Positions 1 to 9,668 of a DNA stretch of 64,000 nucleotides are shown one piece after another. The notes under the pieces were generated by a model, which saw only the letters and a program-made list of their open reading frames with translations, searched no databases and was not told where the DNA came from. Source of the stretch: Candidatus Latescibacterota bacterium (lineage in GTDB: Bacteria; Latescibacterota; UBA2968; UBA8231). The first letter of the stretch is position 1. Each line of letters starts with the position of its first letter. Both the position numbers and the translations under genes were made by a program. The DNA lies in the NCBI GenBank assembly GCA_965200315.1, contig OZ241362.1, forward strand, positions 5,152,001-5,216,000. Direction: 5' to 3'.

Positions 1-691
1 CCGGCTTCATCTTGCTCAGTAGCTCTTCGTCGAACATGTGGTAGGTGTCCGCGCTTAGGGGAACCTGCAAGGAGACGAAGTCAGACTCGGCCAGTAGCGT
101 TGCTAGGTCCACTATTTCGACGTCCAAGTCGGGCGGCAGCGGTGCCTGCAAGTTTCTGCGCGTGGCCAAGACTCGGAGGCCAAAGGCGCTGGCGCGGCGG
201 GCGACCATCTCGCCGGTGGCGCCGAAACCGACGATGCCCAGCGCACAGGTGGAGAGCCGCTGCAACTCGGTGGCCGCGGCGCGGGCTTGGCGGAAGCGGC
301 CAGCGCGCATGAACTGCTCCATCCTCGGCAGTTGGCGGGCCAAGGACAGCAGCATGGCCATGATGTGGTCGGTCATTTCCTCGGCGCAGAAGAACGGGGC
401 ATTGGAGACGACGATGCCGCATTCCGTGGCCTTGGCCACGGCGATTTTATCGGTGCCGTTGCCGAGGCGAGAAATCAGGCGGCAGCGGTTCAGCGCTGCG
501 ACCACGGCCGCGGGTAAGCCGGTCGAGACAACGGCGACGGCGTCGCAGTTAGCTAGCTGGCGAATGAGTTCCTGCGGGTTTTCTTCCTCGACGTATTCAG
601 GTTCGATGCCGAACTTGGCGTACAGCGAGCGCTCCAGACCTCCGGCTGGGTACAGGGTCGCGTTGAGGCGGACAAAGCGGAAAGACGCCAT
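1..691 (-). CDS. D-isomer-specific 2-hydroxyacid dehydrogenase (C-terminus runs off window)
   Basis: Not in the ORF track. My minus-strand translation from ATG 691 gives MASFRFVRLN...SRLGNGTDKI...VSNAPFFCAEEMTDH...LGIVGFGATG (Rossmann motif)...ESDFVSLQVPL...KMKP. Confidence 0.85.
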   Translation of the reverse strand, partial: MASFRFVRLNATLYPAGGLERSLYAKFGIEPEYVEEENPQELIRQLANCDAVAVVSTGLPAAVVAALNRCRLISRLGNGTDKIAVAKATECGIVVSNAPFFCAEEMTDHIMAMLLSLARQLPRMEQFMRAGRFRQARAAATELQRLSTCALGIVGFGATGEMVARRASAFGLRVLATRRNLQAPLPPDLDVEIVDLATLLAESDFVSLQVPLSADTYHMFDEELLSKMKP

Positions 692-704
692 GACTCTGAA
701 CCGA

Positions 705-1568
705 TCACCAAGCCACTGCCATCATGTCCCGCGCCCAGTACAGCGGCCCGGCGAAGACGCTTTTTACCTCGGCGATTCCCTCGGTAGTCTCTTCTGCGGG
801 GTCGAGAGTTATTGACTGGTGATTGATGACCAAGCGCTTGGCCCCGGCCTCGGCGGCCATGCGCCCGGCATTGAGGGTGCCGGTTTCGGAGATGACGCTG
901 GGGAAGGTTTGGATCTTCTCCTCTCGATGCACGGCTTCCATCACGAATAGGTCTGCATCCCGCGCTAGCTCGACTACGGACTCGATCGGCGCGGTATCGC
1001 CGCTGAAGGCGACGACGCCTTCTTCGGTCTCAAAGCGCAAGCCATAGCATTCGATGTAGGGCTGGGCGTGCTTGACTTCGCGCGCATAGCAGGTCCAGCC
1101 TTCCCCGGCGGCCACTTTTCCCGCGGCGTATTCGGCTGCGTGGACTACTGGTTCCGGCCTAAAATCGCCCACGCCGCCGCGCATTTGGTAGGCGTGGACG
1201 CTCATGGGATGATTGGTGCGGGCGATCACGTCGTACCAGAAGAGGCCGTTGGGACTCCAAATGCCGTCGGTGATGCGCTTGATCGGGGGCGGCCCATAGA
1301 CGTGGAGGTCTGGCTCGGTGCCGATGCACTGGTCGAAGCGCGTCATCAGGAAGCAGAGATAATCGGAGATGTGGTCGGAGTGCAGGTGGGTAAAAAACAG
1401 GTTGTGTACCGAAGTGCAGGGGATGCCCAAGCGGTGCATCTTAAAGGTCGATGCGGGGCCGCAGTCGATCATCAGCCGCTGGTCGCAGATTTCGAGGATG
1501 AAACAGGTGCCCCAGCGGTCGCGCGTGGGGGTGGGCGTACCGGCGCCGACAATGTTTAGCTTTGGCAT
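705..1568 (-). CDS. MBL-fold metallo-hydrolase (RNase Z/arylsulfatase-like)
   Basis: GAGTPTP N-terminus, IDCG, THLHSDH metal-binding motif, FSGDT. Confidence 0.85.
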   Translation of the reverse strand: MPKLNIVGAGTPTPTRDRWGTCFILEICDQRLMIDCGPASTFKMHRLGIPCTSVHNLFFTHLHSDHISDYLCFLMTRFDQCIGTEPDLHVYGPPPIKRITDGIWSPNGLFWYDVIARTNHPMSVHAYQMRGGVGDFRPEPVVHAAEYAAGKVAAGEGWTCYAREVKHAQPYIECYGLRFETEEGVVAFSGDTAPIESVVELARDADLFVMEAVHREEKIQTFPSVISETGTLNAGRMAAEAGAKRLVINHQSITLDPAEETTEGIAEVKSVFAGPLYWARDMMAVAW

Positions 1569-1665
1569 GGGATCGTCTCCAGATTGTAGGGAAAATAAAT
1601 AGGCATTATTGGTAGGGGGTCAAGCTGGCCGCTAGTATTTTAAGCGACTGCTTCTCGCGGGAACT

Positions 1666-1767
1666 ATGCCCCTCAACACCCACACCCCCCGCCTGCCCCT
1701 GCGTCCCATGACGGATGCCGATTGGGACATCTTATTGCGCTGGAACCAAGACTCCGAGGTGTTGTAG
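1666..1767 (+). pseudogene. Truncated diverged copy of the 5' end of the GNAT gene at 2466
   Basis: Translates MPLNTHTPRLPLRPMTDADWDILLRWNQDSEVL*, versus MSPSLNTHCVHLHTSRLHLRPMTDADWDILLRWNQDADVL at 2466. Confidence 0.85.
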
Positions 1768-2074
1768 CGCGCTCGACCAGCTTCGGTCAGTATTGGTGAT
1801 TAGAGGTTGTCCGATCATCACTACCGGATTGGTGATCTTAGCGATATGGATCGTGCTTAGTTACCTACGTCACTACGCATTTTTTGCAAAGAACGATCCC
1901 GACAGGTTACAATCGGAGGAGTACCGATACGAAACGGCGCGGATGCAGATGATCGCAGCCAAGGAGTTACGCAATCCAGTTCCCTCAGAGGATCTTCCAG
2001 ACCCGAAGGAAAAGCCAGACGCGCCTAGACCGTCTTCCTATTCAACTGATGCAGATGAGGAAAATGTCGCATGA
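1715..2074 (+). CDS. Small membrane protein, start uncertain (probably 5'-truncated)
   Basis: One hydrophobic helix followed by YAFFAKNDPDRLQSEEY. Stop overlaps the next ATG (ATGA). The ORF-track start lies inside the GNAT fragment and is likely spurious. Confidence 0.5.
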   Translation: MPIGTSYCAGTKTPRCCSALDQLRSVLVIRGCPIITTGLVILAIWIVLSYLRHYAFFAKNDPDRLQSEEYRYETARMQMIAAKELRNPVPSEDLPDPKEKPDAPRPSSYSTDADEENVA

Positions 2075-2427
2075 AATCCCATCTCTTTACGTTCAGCCAA
2101 GCCTGCACACAGGCGCACACGCACACCGTGCTCAACAACATTGAGGAAGTTAAAACATGGATTGCGCCGTTTCCGTACTCCGCTATCCTCGTCTCCAGAC
2201 TCAATGCCCAGGACCTCAGTGCCATTCTTCGCGAGCGACTGCCCGACGTGTGGTTCATGGTCGCAGAAATGGACCCCCAGACCGTGAATGGCTGGCTGCC
2301 CGGAAATCTCTGGGAGTACGTAAACGACCCGCAGAAGGCGTGGTCTCAGCAATTGATCAGGACTATCGCCGATCCAAAGTATCTTCGTCGTCCCGTCGCC
2401 GATGCCGACAGAATGACGGGGACGTAG
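2071..2427 (+). CDS. Hypothetical protein, possibly Cas2/ferredoxin-like fold
   Basis: 118 aa, GAGGA RBS, translationally coupled to the upstream ORF. Pattern W-x5-S-x3-VS-x2-A-x2-L...FMVAEM...GWL...W. Confidence 0.55.
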   Translation: MKSHLFTFSQACTQAHTHTVLNNIEEVKTWIAPFPYSAILVSRLNAQDLSAILRERLPDVWFMVAEMDPQTVNGWLPGNLWEYVNDPQKAWSQQLIRTIADPKYLRRPVADADRMTGT

Positions 2428-2465
2428 ATCTGCCTAGCCCCGATCAGTTTGGGCTTCACAGCACC

Positions 2466-3035
2466 ATGTCGCCCTCCCTCAACACCCACTGCGTCCACCT
2501 GCACACATCCCGCCTGCACCTGCGTCCCATGACCGATGCCGATTGGGACATTTTGCTGCGCTGGAACCAAGATGCCGACGTGTTGTATTACGCCGATGGC
2601 TCAGATGTGACGGCCTATACGCTTGGCCAGATCAAGCGCATGTACGGCGGTATCTCGCAAGCCGCCTGCTGCTTTATCGCTGAGCTCGACGGTCAGCCCA
2701 TCGCCGAGGCCTGGTTGCAGGCTATGAATCTGGCGCGCATTATCGCAGCTCATCCCGGCTGCGACTGCCGCCGTATTGACCTGTCCATTGGCGAGAAGCA
2801 GTACTGGAACAAAGGCTTGGGGAGCGAAATAATCCGCGCATTGGTCGATTTCGGTTTTGCCGAGGAAAAGGCCGATTTTATCTTCGCCTGCGACATTGCC
2901 GATTACAACCCCCGCAGCCGCGCTGCGTTTGCCAAATCGGGCTTCCGCGTCGTGGCCCACAGCGCCCAACCGCCCGGCAGCAAGGCGCGTTCCACCTGCG
3001 ATATGCGCATCGCCCAAACCGAGTGGGCGGTCTAA
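2466..3035 (+). CDS. GNAT family N-acetyltransferase (RimJ/RimL-like)
   Basis: RLHLRPMT..D N-terminus and IGEKQYWNKGLGSE acetyl-CoA motif. Start is moved from the ORF-track 2157 to ATG 2466. Confidence 0.85.
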   Translation: MSPSLNTHCVHLHTSRLHLRPMTDADWDILLRWNQDADVLYYADGSDVTAYTLGQIKRMYGGISQAACCFIAELDGQPIAEAWLQAMNLARIIAAHPGCDCRRIDLSIGEKQYWNKGLGSEIIRALVDFGFAEEKADFIFACDIADYNPRSRAAFAKSGFRVVAHSAQPPGSKARSTCDMRIAQTEWAV

Positions 3036-3051
3036 TTCCAGCGAGGATATC

Positions 3052-3177
3052 GACCCATGCGCCTAGTCATCTTGTCGTACAGCCACCACGGCCGCGGCAT
3101 CGGCCAGACCATCCTTGGCGCAATAGCCGTTGGCGGAGGGCGGAATCGGTCAGCAGGTGCTGCATGCCGGCGGCGAT
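3052..3177. repeat. Composite scar: copy of the oxidoreductase 5' end (3052-3110) joined to a diverged copy of a glycosyltransferase 3' segment (3112-3177)
   Basis: 3052-3110 matches 4669-4727 (58/59 nt). 3112-3177 matches 10297-10362 (58/66 nt). Confidence 0.9.
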
Positions 3178-4587
3178 TTATTTTTTAAAAAATGTCGCGA
3201 TGTCGTTTGGGTCCCAAAGGTAGAGGTGCGGGTCGCGGAGATTTTTGAGGGTGTTGGTAAAGCCGGATTTGGAGGTAATAAGATAAAAAGCGTTTGCAGT
3301 CGGGAGGTTTTGGGCGCGGTGTTTGAGGGTTTGCAAAACGTCGGTGCCAACAGGAGTGGATGTCCATTTGCATTCGACAAAGAGAGTTTGCCGGGTTTCG
3401 GAGTTGAGGGCGACGAGGTCTATTTCGCTTTGTCTGTCCCACCAGCGTCCGATTCGGTGAAAGTAGAAGGGGGCGCGGTTGTGAAGGTTGAGCTTGAGCA
3501 AAAGTTCTCGCGTGATATTTTCAAAGGCAAAGCCCATAAATTCCGCTACGCAGGTATTTAGGCGGTTGAGAAAATACGGAAAATTGCCTGATTCGTAGAT
3601 ACTCAATTGACGGTAGATGAATCGCATCCAGAAAGTGATAAAGGGATCGCGGATTTTATAGCGACTTTTTTTGGTTTTCCAGGATTGCTCAGTAATGGGC
3701 ACTTCGCGTTCGATGAGGTCAAACAAGTCAGACAATTCGCGCAGGTATTTGGACAAGCTAGTGGCCGGCAGTCCGGCGGGGCCGGCAATTTCAGAGCGGC
3801 GGGTTTTTCCAGTGGCGATGGCTTCGAGGATTGCCAAATAGGTGTGGGCAGTGCCGCCAAATTCGGAGAGGATGATATCTCGCATTTCATTGCGAAAGGG
3901 GGCAAAGGGGGTGAACAGTGCTTGATGGAGAATTTGGTGGATGGTGCTGCCGCCCAATCCCATGCTTTCTATAATTTCGTAATACCGGGGCATGCCGCCA
4001 AAGATGCCGTAAAGGGTAAGTACGTCTGTGGACGATTGAAAGCCGAGATCTGTAGCAATTTGATAGATGGCTTCGATGGGTAAAGGGCTGAGATCAACTT
4101 CCCGGGTGAGACGACCATAGAGGGGTTCTTTGGCGTCTTGGAAAACTTTTTTCATCAGGCCCACGACAGAACCTATGGCAATGAGATGTATTCTGGATTG
4201 TTTGTGCCATGTGTCCCACACGCCTTGGAGGATGGAATAGATGGCGGGATCGACAGTGAGAAAGTTTTGAAATTCATCGAAGACGACGATCAGGTGTCGG
4301 TGCTGGGTTTCGGCAAAGAGAAAAACGAAAAAATCCTGCCAACTTGTAAATGTGGGCGCGTGGGCAATGTGCGATTTGAGGGTAGCCGAAAATTCGGCGA
4401 GGAGGGCATTTGCAGGGCGTTTTTCAACAAAAAAATAGATGCCGCCATTCTGGATATGTTGGCGCACGAGTTCTGTTTTTCCCACACGCCGTCGCCCAAA
4501 GATCGCGGTGAACTGAGAAAATTGGGCCGATCTTTCGGTTAGGTCGCGAAGAAGTGTCAGTTCTGTTTCTCGGTCGTAGAATCTCAT
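3178..4587 (-). CDS. Archaeal-type AAA ATPase with wHTH and C-terminal DUF234 (PD-(D/E)xK-like) domain
   Basis: MRFYDRETEL, Walker A GRRRVGKT, Walker B FDEFQ, GGMPRY, RWWDRQSEIDLVA...ECKW. Lower GC than the flanks. Confidence 0.85.
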   Translation of the reverse strand: MRFYDRETELTLLRDLTERSAQFSQFTAIFGRRRVGKTELVRQHIQNGGIYFFVEKRPANALLAEFSATLKSHIAHAPTFTSWQDFFVFLFAETQHRHLIVVFDEFQNFLTVDPAIYSILQGVWDTWHKQSRIHLIAIGSVVGLMKKVFQDAKEPLYGRLTREVDLSPLPIEAIYQIATDLGFQSSTDVLTLYGIFGGMPRYYEIIESMGLGGSTIHQILHQALFTPFAPFRNEMRDIILSEFGGTAHTYLAILEAIATGKTRRSEIAGPAGLPATSLSKYLRELSDLFDLIEREVPITEQSWKTKKSRYKIRDPFITFWMRFIYRQLSIYESGNFPYFLNRLNTCVAEFMGFAFENITRELLLKLNLHNRAPFYFHRIGRWWDRQSEIDLVALNSETRQTLFVECKWTSTPVGTDVLQTLKHRAQNLPTANAFYLITSKSGFTNTLKNLRDPHLYLWDPNDIATFFKK

Positions 4588-4673
4588 TATTATTCTTTTA
4601 ATAATTATTTTATTTAGAATAATAACAGACATGGAGACAAGTGTCAATGCAAGACAAGCCTGCTAAAAGACCC

Positions 4674-5735
4674 ATGCGCCTAGTCATCTTGTCGTACAGC
4701 CACCACGGCCGCAGCATCGGCCAGACCGTTCGCGCCTTGGGGCACGATATAATCGGGGTCATGGACGGGGAAGAAGCCCCGCGCCAACAACTAGCAGAGA
4801 TTTTCCAATGTCCGGGTTTTGCCACGGCGGGCGAGTGCCTTGACGCTGTGCAGCCCGACGCCGCTTTAGTCGCTGGCAAGCACATTGAAATGGCGGCTCA
4901 CGTGCAGGCCTGCGTCGAGCGGCGCATCCCCTACCTGCTCGACAAGCCCTTTGCCGATTGCGCTGCTCGGCTCCGCCCCGCGGCCGCAGCTTCGGCCAAA
5001 CACGGAGTCTTCAGTGCCCTCACGCTGCCCAACCGCGCCAGCCGCATCGTCGCCACGGTGGAGCGTCTGTTAGCTGACGGCACGCTGGGCGATCTGGTCC
5101 AGTATAGCTGCCGCCTCAATAACGGCCCGCCCTCGCGCTACGACCCGACGCCGTCGGCTTGGCACAACGATCCGGCCATTTCCGGCGGCGGTAGCTGGGC
5201 CGTAGAGGCGGCCCACGGCATTGACACCTTCCTGCAATTCGTCGGCGAGCAGACGGTACACGTGGTCGGCGCCATCATGTCCAATGCCACCCACGGCCGT
5301 ATTGTGGAGGATATCGGCTTGGGAATGCTGCGCACGGATGGGGGCGTGACCGGCGTTATCGAAAGCGGCTACGCCTATCCGTCAGGGGTGCGTAGCGGCG
5401 ACCACTTCTTCCGCTTTATCGGCACTCGCGCCATGGTGTTCCAGCAGTACGGCCAAGCAGGCGATCCTCTCATCGAAGTCCACACCACCGAGGGCGTGGA
5501 GTTCAGTGAGGATTTGTCGCACGGCGAGCGCATGACGACCATAGTCGATCGAGCTCTGACCGCTTTGGCAGATGGGCGGTCCTTCACCCCCAATATCGAC
5601 CAAGCCGTGCGCATCCTCGAAGTACAGGACGCGGTGTACGACCACGCCCGCCGAAGCCCGCTGACCAACGGCCCATACCCTATGGGCACCCCGGCTATGG
5701 CATCTAATGATGCGAATATGCAGGGCGGCGAATAG
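4674..5735 (+). CDS. Gfo/Idh/MocA family oxidoreductase
   Basis: LLDKPFA (EKP-equivalent) and SGGGSWAVEAAHGID motifs. Confidence 0.8.
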   Translation: MRLVILSYSHHGRSIGQTVRALGHDIIGVMDGEEAPRQQLAEIFQCPGFATAGECLDAVQPDAALVAGKHIEMAAHVQACVERRIPYLLDKPFADCAARLRPAAAASAKHGVFSALTLPNRASRIVATVERLLADGTLGDLVQYSCRLNNGPPSRYDPTPSAWHNDPAISGGGSWAVEAAHGIDTFLQFVGEQTVHVVGAIMSNATHGRIVEDIGLGMLRTDGGVTGVIESGYAYPSGVRSGDHFFRFIGTRAMVFQQYGQAGDPLIEVHTTEGVEFSEDLSHGERMTTIVDRALTALADGRSFTPNIDQAVRILEVQDAVYDHARRSPLTNGPYPMGTPAMASNDANMQGGE

Positions 5736-5831
5736 CTACGGTTTATAGCCGCTTATACAACTGAATAGTTCGCTGGGCCGCGCCTTCCCACGTAAAGGCT
5801 GCGGCCCGTTGTATAGCCGTTGGCGGAGCGC
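5736..5831. repeat. Direct-repeat copy of the 3' end of the glycosyltransferase gene (10219 onward)
   Basis: 5744-5812 is identical to 10226-10294 (69 nt). It is followed, after a short deletion, by a further ~19-nt matching segment. Confidence 0.9.
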
Positions 5832-5940
5832 GACGCGATTATGGGAACAGGCGAGAGGAACGCAGATTTACAGGATGTGTTCTGCCGTTAGATATGGCTT
5901 GGGACGGGCGTTGGGGTGTCGAAAGGGCGGCTTAAAAAGA

Positions 5941-6133
5941 TCATTTCAAAAGCCCAAGACGCTCGAGGTCGTTCTCACCCCACCGAACTTGTTGCTCAAT
6001 GATTGACTTGAGAGTACCGATAGCAAAGGTCTGGTTCATATTGTGCAGGTGAATAGTCGTCGTTCTCCCATCTCGGTGGATAAAAAGACGGGGCACGCCT
6101 TTTCTTTTGTATTCGCAAAACCCATCTCTTTTT
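5941..6133 (-). pseudogene. hicA: HicA toxin, 3' part (interrupted by IS1595-family element)
   Basis: Removing 6134-9728 and one CTTTTT copy restores an open frame: MAIDYSRLRSLTVRRLIQALKRDGFCEYKRKG...HRDGRTTTIHLHN...FAIGTLKSII...LGLLK*. Confidence 0.85.
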
Positions 6134-6155
6134 CGGAATTTCCTAATTTAAGGTC

Positions 6156-6184
6156 TTGACTTTCCATTTTGCAACCCCTATTTT
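6156..6184 (+). promoter_or_regulatory. Putative sigma70 promoter for the methyltransferase
   Basis: TTGACT-17 nt-TATTTT just inside the left TIR, upstream of an AAGGA RBS. Confidence 0.5.
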
Positions 6185-6220
6185 ACGGGCTATCCGCTAC
6201 GGCTAAACGAAAGGAAAATA

Positions 6221-7039
6221 ATGAAGTCCGACTGGATGAATGACGTTCATATCGGAAACTGCCTTGATGTTATGCAGGATTTCCCAGACGAAAGCATTGA
6301 TCTTATCGTAACTTCTCCGCCCTATGCCGACGCGAGAAAACACACCTATGGAGGCGTCCACCCCGATCTCTATGTCGAATGGTTTCTTCCGATAGGAGAG
6401 CAGATGCTACGAGTGCTAAAGCCATCGGGTTCCTTTGTGCTGAACATCAAAGAAAGGGCCGCCAATGGAGAAAGACACCTCTACGTCTTAGACCTGATAA
6501 GTGCGCTCAAAAGAGAAGTCGGTTTCAGGTGGGTCGAGGAGTATATCTGGCACAAGACGACATCGGCACCCGGCAAGTGGAAGTATCGGTTTCGAGATGG
6601 ATGGGAAAGACTTTTGCATTTTTCCAAGACCAACGAGTTCAAAATGAACCAAGAAAACGTCATGGTGCCAGCCGGAGAATGGACAAAAGCTCGACTAAAG
6701 AACATGGGTGAAAGAGATTACACACGTAATAATTCTGCGACCAAATCAGGGATTGGTCGCAACATCTCCGCTTGGTCTGGTCGAGAAAAGGTGTATCCTA
6801 GCAACGTCCTACACAAAGCACCCGTCTGCCATAATACCGGTCATTCTGCGGCCTTTCCCGAATGGCTACCAACCTTTTTTATCGAACTATTCACGGATCC
6901 CGGTGATGTTGTCCTAGATCCCTTTCTTGGATCAGGAACAACTTTTAGAGTTGCCCTGAAGCTCAATCGCACCCCTGTCGGCATTGAGCTAGAAGCCGAA
7001 AACGTAAAGGATACTGCATATGCTCCCTTGGGTTTCTGA
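6221..7039 (+). CDS. Beta-class N4-C/N6-A DNA methyltransferase
   Basis: DLIVTSPPY (motif IV) precedes HSAAFP...VLDPFLGSGTT (motif I). Confidence 0.92.
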   Translation: MKSDWMNDVHIGNCLDVMQDFPDESIDLIVTSPPYADARKHTYGGVHPDLYVEWFLPIGEQMLRVLKPSGSFVLNIKERAANGERHLYVLDLISALKREVGFRWVEEYIWHKTTSAPGKWKYRFRDGWERLLHFSKTNEFKMNQENVMVPAGEWTKARLKNMGERDYTRNNSATKSGIGRNISAWSGREKVYPSNVLHKAPVCHNTGHSAAFPEWLPTFFIELFTDPGDVVLDPFLGSGTTFRVALKLNRTPVGIELEAENVKDTAYAPLGF

Positions 7040-7655
7040 GGCTGACTTTGAGCGAGAACTTGAACGGCTGAAAACAAGCTACAAAGACGCACTCAATAAG
7101 GCGGAGGAGAGAAGAAAAAGGAATGTCGTTGATCCGTTTTCAAGTCTTATGATTGCAGAAACATTCGGAATGACGACAGCCGAAGAATTGAGCTTCTCAC
7201 AAGACACTGAATCTGCCACGCGAGGATCGAGCAATGCAATAGGCCACTTTCACCAAGGGATACTAGGGTCCGTAGCAGGGTGGGAAAACTATAATCGTGG
7301 CTATGATTTGAGGTCTGAAAAACAAAAGATGATTGTTGAGCTAAAGAATAAGCACAACACCTTGAATGATAACGACAAAAAAGGCACTATACGAAAACTG
7401 TCTAGCTCAATTAGCAGAGAACCGACTGACTGGACAGCCGCCCTTGTCTTAATCATTCCCAAAACGCCCATACGATACCAAACAACCATCGCACACAGAG
7501 TTATTGAGATGGAAGGCGCGAGCTTCTATCACTTAGTCACTGGACATCGTAATGCCATTCACCAACTCTTTGAACATCTATCCAATAGATTATCTCCCTC
7601 CGATGAAATCAGACGATATTGCAAGGCTATTTTAGACCATTCATTGCCACCATGA
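7020..7655 (+). CDS. Type II restriction endonuclease, Eco47II-family-like
   Basis: SNAIGHFHQGILG...YDL...VELKNKHNTLN (PD-(D/E)xK). Overlaps the MTase. Confidence 0.75.
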   Translation: MLPWVSEADFERELERLKTSYKDALNKAEERRKRNVVDPFSSLMIAETFGMTTAEELSFSQDTESATRGSSNAIGHFHQGILGSVAGWENYNRGYDLRSEKQKMIVELKNKHNTLNDNDKKGTIRKLSSSISREPTDWTAALVLIIPKTPIRYQTTIAHRVIEMEGASFYHLVTGHRNAIHQLFEHLSNRLSPSDEIRRYCKAILDHSLPP

Positions 7656-7861
7656 AAAGTAGAGACAGGCGAAATAGGAGCCGCAGACAATGCGGAAACA
7701 TCAGGGAAAACGGAAAGAGATGTGGAAATAGAACATCAAACTTTGAAGATGCCCTATATTGCCCGCGCTGTGATATAGCATTGATGCAAAAAGATCATCC
7801 TTTATTAGACGCCTTTGAATCCATTTTAGACAGCGAATCTTCTCGTTACTCAATCCTCTAA
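7652..7861 (+). CDS. Small Cys-rich (putative Zn-binding) protein
   Basis: ATGA overlap with the REase stop. QC-x8-RC...YCPRC. Confidence 0.4.
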   Translation: MKSRDRRNRSRRQCGNIRENGKRCGNRTSNFEDALYCPRCDIALMQKDHPLLDAFESILDSESSRYSIL

Positions 7862-8755
7862 CAATAACTCAAGTTGCTGCTCGCCCTTTGGAAGTGCTCG
7901 ATTCAGATTACGCATAAAGATGTTCCAGTTAGACGATGCCTTCATCAAGGCAGCAACGGCGGCCAGATGCTCTTTGAGCTTGGGGTGGCCCAGATCGGGT
8001 GTGAACCACTGGTGGTGCGTGTTGCGGCGACCCTTGCCGCTGGGGAGCGTAGGATTGACACGCCGCAGCTCGTCGAGGACGCCCGGCGCTAGGCGACTGT
8101 ACACAATGTCATTGGTGTAATGGCCTATTACGGACGGCCGCGCAACACCATTGGGGCCGGGCCAGCCCTTGAGGCGAAATATCTGATTGTAGAACTCGTA
8201 GGGAAATGTCTTGGTCCAAGGTTGAAACTCTTTGGCGATGAACTTCTCAAGAATGGTTGCAAGGGCGCGTTCTTCGCGTATGCGCTGGTAGCCCGTCGCC
8301 TCGTCCACAAGGGCAATTACGCCCACTGTGGCAAGGCTACGCATAAGTATCTCGGCCTGAACTGCGACATGAGCTTGATTAGGTAGCAGCATATTAGCAT
8401 CGCGGGCTTTGAGATACACTTCACAAACTTGGGGCAGTAGAATCGCATCATATCCAAGCGCAATTCTTCCTCCTGTTGGGAGTCTAAATCTAACCGGAGT
8501 TAGCGACTTGCTTAAAGTATTGGAAATGAATGGTTTAAGGCGTTCAGAGCGCAAAAAAGCGGGCAAGTCTGCGACTTGCTGCTCTGCTCCGGGGCCTGTA
8601 GGCTTGGGAGAACGCCCTAGTGCCTCTGAAAATCCTGCTTGAGTAAGAACGCGCGTTTCATCTTCCAGCACATAGCAAGGTATTTCAACTTCGCCGATTA
8701 CCAAAGGTCGATCTGGTGCTCCGGCGATTACTTTCAGCGGTTCCTGTTTGCTCAT
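7850..8755 (-). CDS. P63C domain protein (phage-associated)
   Basis: IPCYVLEDETRVL...VGVIALVDEATGYQ..RE..AL..IL..FIAKE..PWTKTFP.EFY..IFRL.GW...HHQW. Confidence 0.85.
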   Translation of the reverse strand: MSKQEPLKVIAGAPDRPLVIGEVEIPCYVLEDETRVLTQAGFSEALGRSPKPTGPGAEQQVADLPAFLRSERLKPFISNTLSKSLTPVRFRLPTGGRIALGYDAILLPQVCEVYLKARDANMLLPNQAHVAVQAEILMRSLATVGVIALVDEATGYQRIREERALATILEKFIAKEFQPWTKTFPYEFYNQIFRLKGWPGPNGVARPSVIGHYTNDIVYSRLAPGVLDELRRVNPTLPSGKGRRNTHHQWFTPDLGHPKLKEHLAAVAALMKASSNWNIFMRNLNRALPKGEQQLELLLED

Positions 8756-8757
8756 CT

Positions 8758-9639
8758 TTACACTCCCAATGCTCGATTGATCGTGAGGTTAAAAGCGAAC
8801 TCAGGCGTTGCTCTGCGGAGGTTGTAGCGATAGCAAAACTCATCGACGTAGCGTTGTAGGTGTCGCCTCGATACACTGTGGAACTGGCCGAACATGCCAC
8901 GCTTGAGCAGTGCCCAAAAACTCTCGATGGTGTTGGTGTGAACATCGCCGTCCACGTACCAATCAGAATGGCGGATCACCGAATGAGGGAGCACCTTAGA
9001 CATACCCATGTAGGCTTTGTACTCGTCGGTGTAGAGGCTCGATTCCTCGGTGTTGACGTGCTGGCGGACGAAAGCCCGCATATTGCGACCCTTCATGTTC
9101 TTCTTATCGACGGCTTTGGCCGCGACCGAGCCTTCACGCTCAACGGCTCCAATGACAGGGGCTTTCTTTGTGCCGCGACCGGGCTTATGCTTGCCATCTT
9201 TCCCATCGCCCTTAGTGCCTTTGCGGGGCTTACCTCCGATATAGGTTTCATCCATCTCGACGATACCTTGCAAGATGTTGCGATGCTCGACTTGGTTCAT
9301 CGCTTTACGAATTTGCATGTTCATTCGCCAAGCCGTGTTCTTGTTCACTTTTAGATCGCGGGAAAGTTGGAGCGCAGAGATTCCCTTCTTGGCATTAATC
9401 ATCAGCATAATTGCCAAGAACCACTTTTGTAGGGGTAAATGAGTATGGTGAAAGATGGTGCCGACCGTTACACTAAACGAGGTTTTACAGTTGTAGCAAC
9501 GGTGGCGATGTTCTGCGGGGGCCGTGCGCTCGCTCTGGCAATAGGGGCAAACAACCGTATCGCCCCAACGCACTTTTTCGAGATACTTGATGCAGGATTC
9601 TTGAGTAGGGAACTGCTCGAAAACTTCTAAGATGTTCAT
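8758..9639 (-). CDS. IS1595-family DDE transposase
   Basis: Zn ribbon CPYC...CYNC, FSVTVGTIF, catalytic EMDETYIGG, TDE and HTNTIESFW, YVDEFCYRYN. Confidence 0.95.
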   Translation of the reverse strand: MNILEVFEQFPTQESCIKYLEKVRWGDTVVCPYCQSERTAPAEHRHRCYNCKTSFSVTVGTIFHHTHLPLQKWFLAIMLMINAKKGISALQLSRDLKVNKNTAWRMNMQIRKAMNQVEHRNILQGIVEMDETYIGGKPRKGTKGDGKDGKHKPGRGTKKAPVIGAVEREGSVAAKAVDKKNMKGRNMRAFVRQHVNTEESSLYTDEYKAYMGMSKVLPHSVIRHSDWYVDGDVHTNTIESFWALLKRGMFGQFHSVSRRHLQRYVDEFCYRYNLRRATPEFAFNLTINRALGV

Positions 9640-9668
9640 GGCATCTTCTCCTATCATTAACTACATAG

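Noticed and set aside
45-815. 256-aa plus-strand ORF
   Set aside because: It is the antisense shadow of the minus-strand 2-hydroxyacid dehydrogenase and has no motifs.
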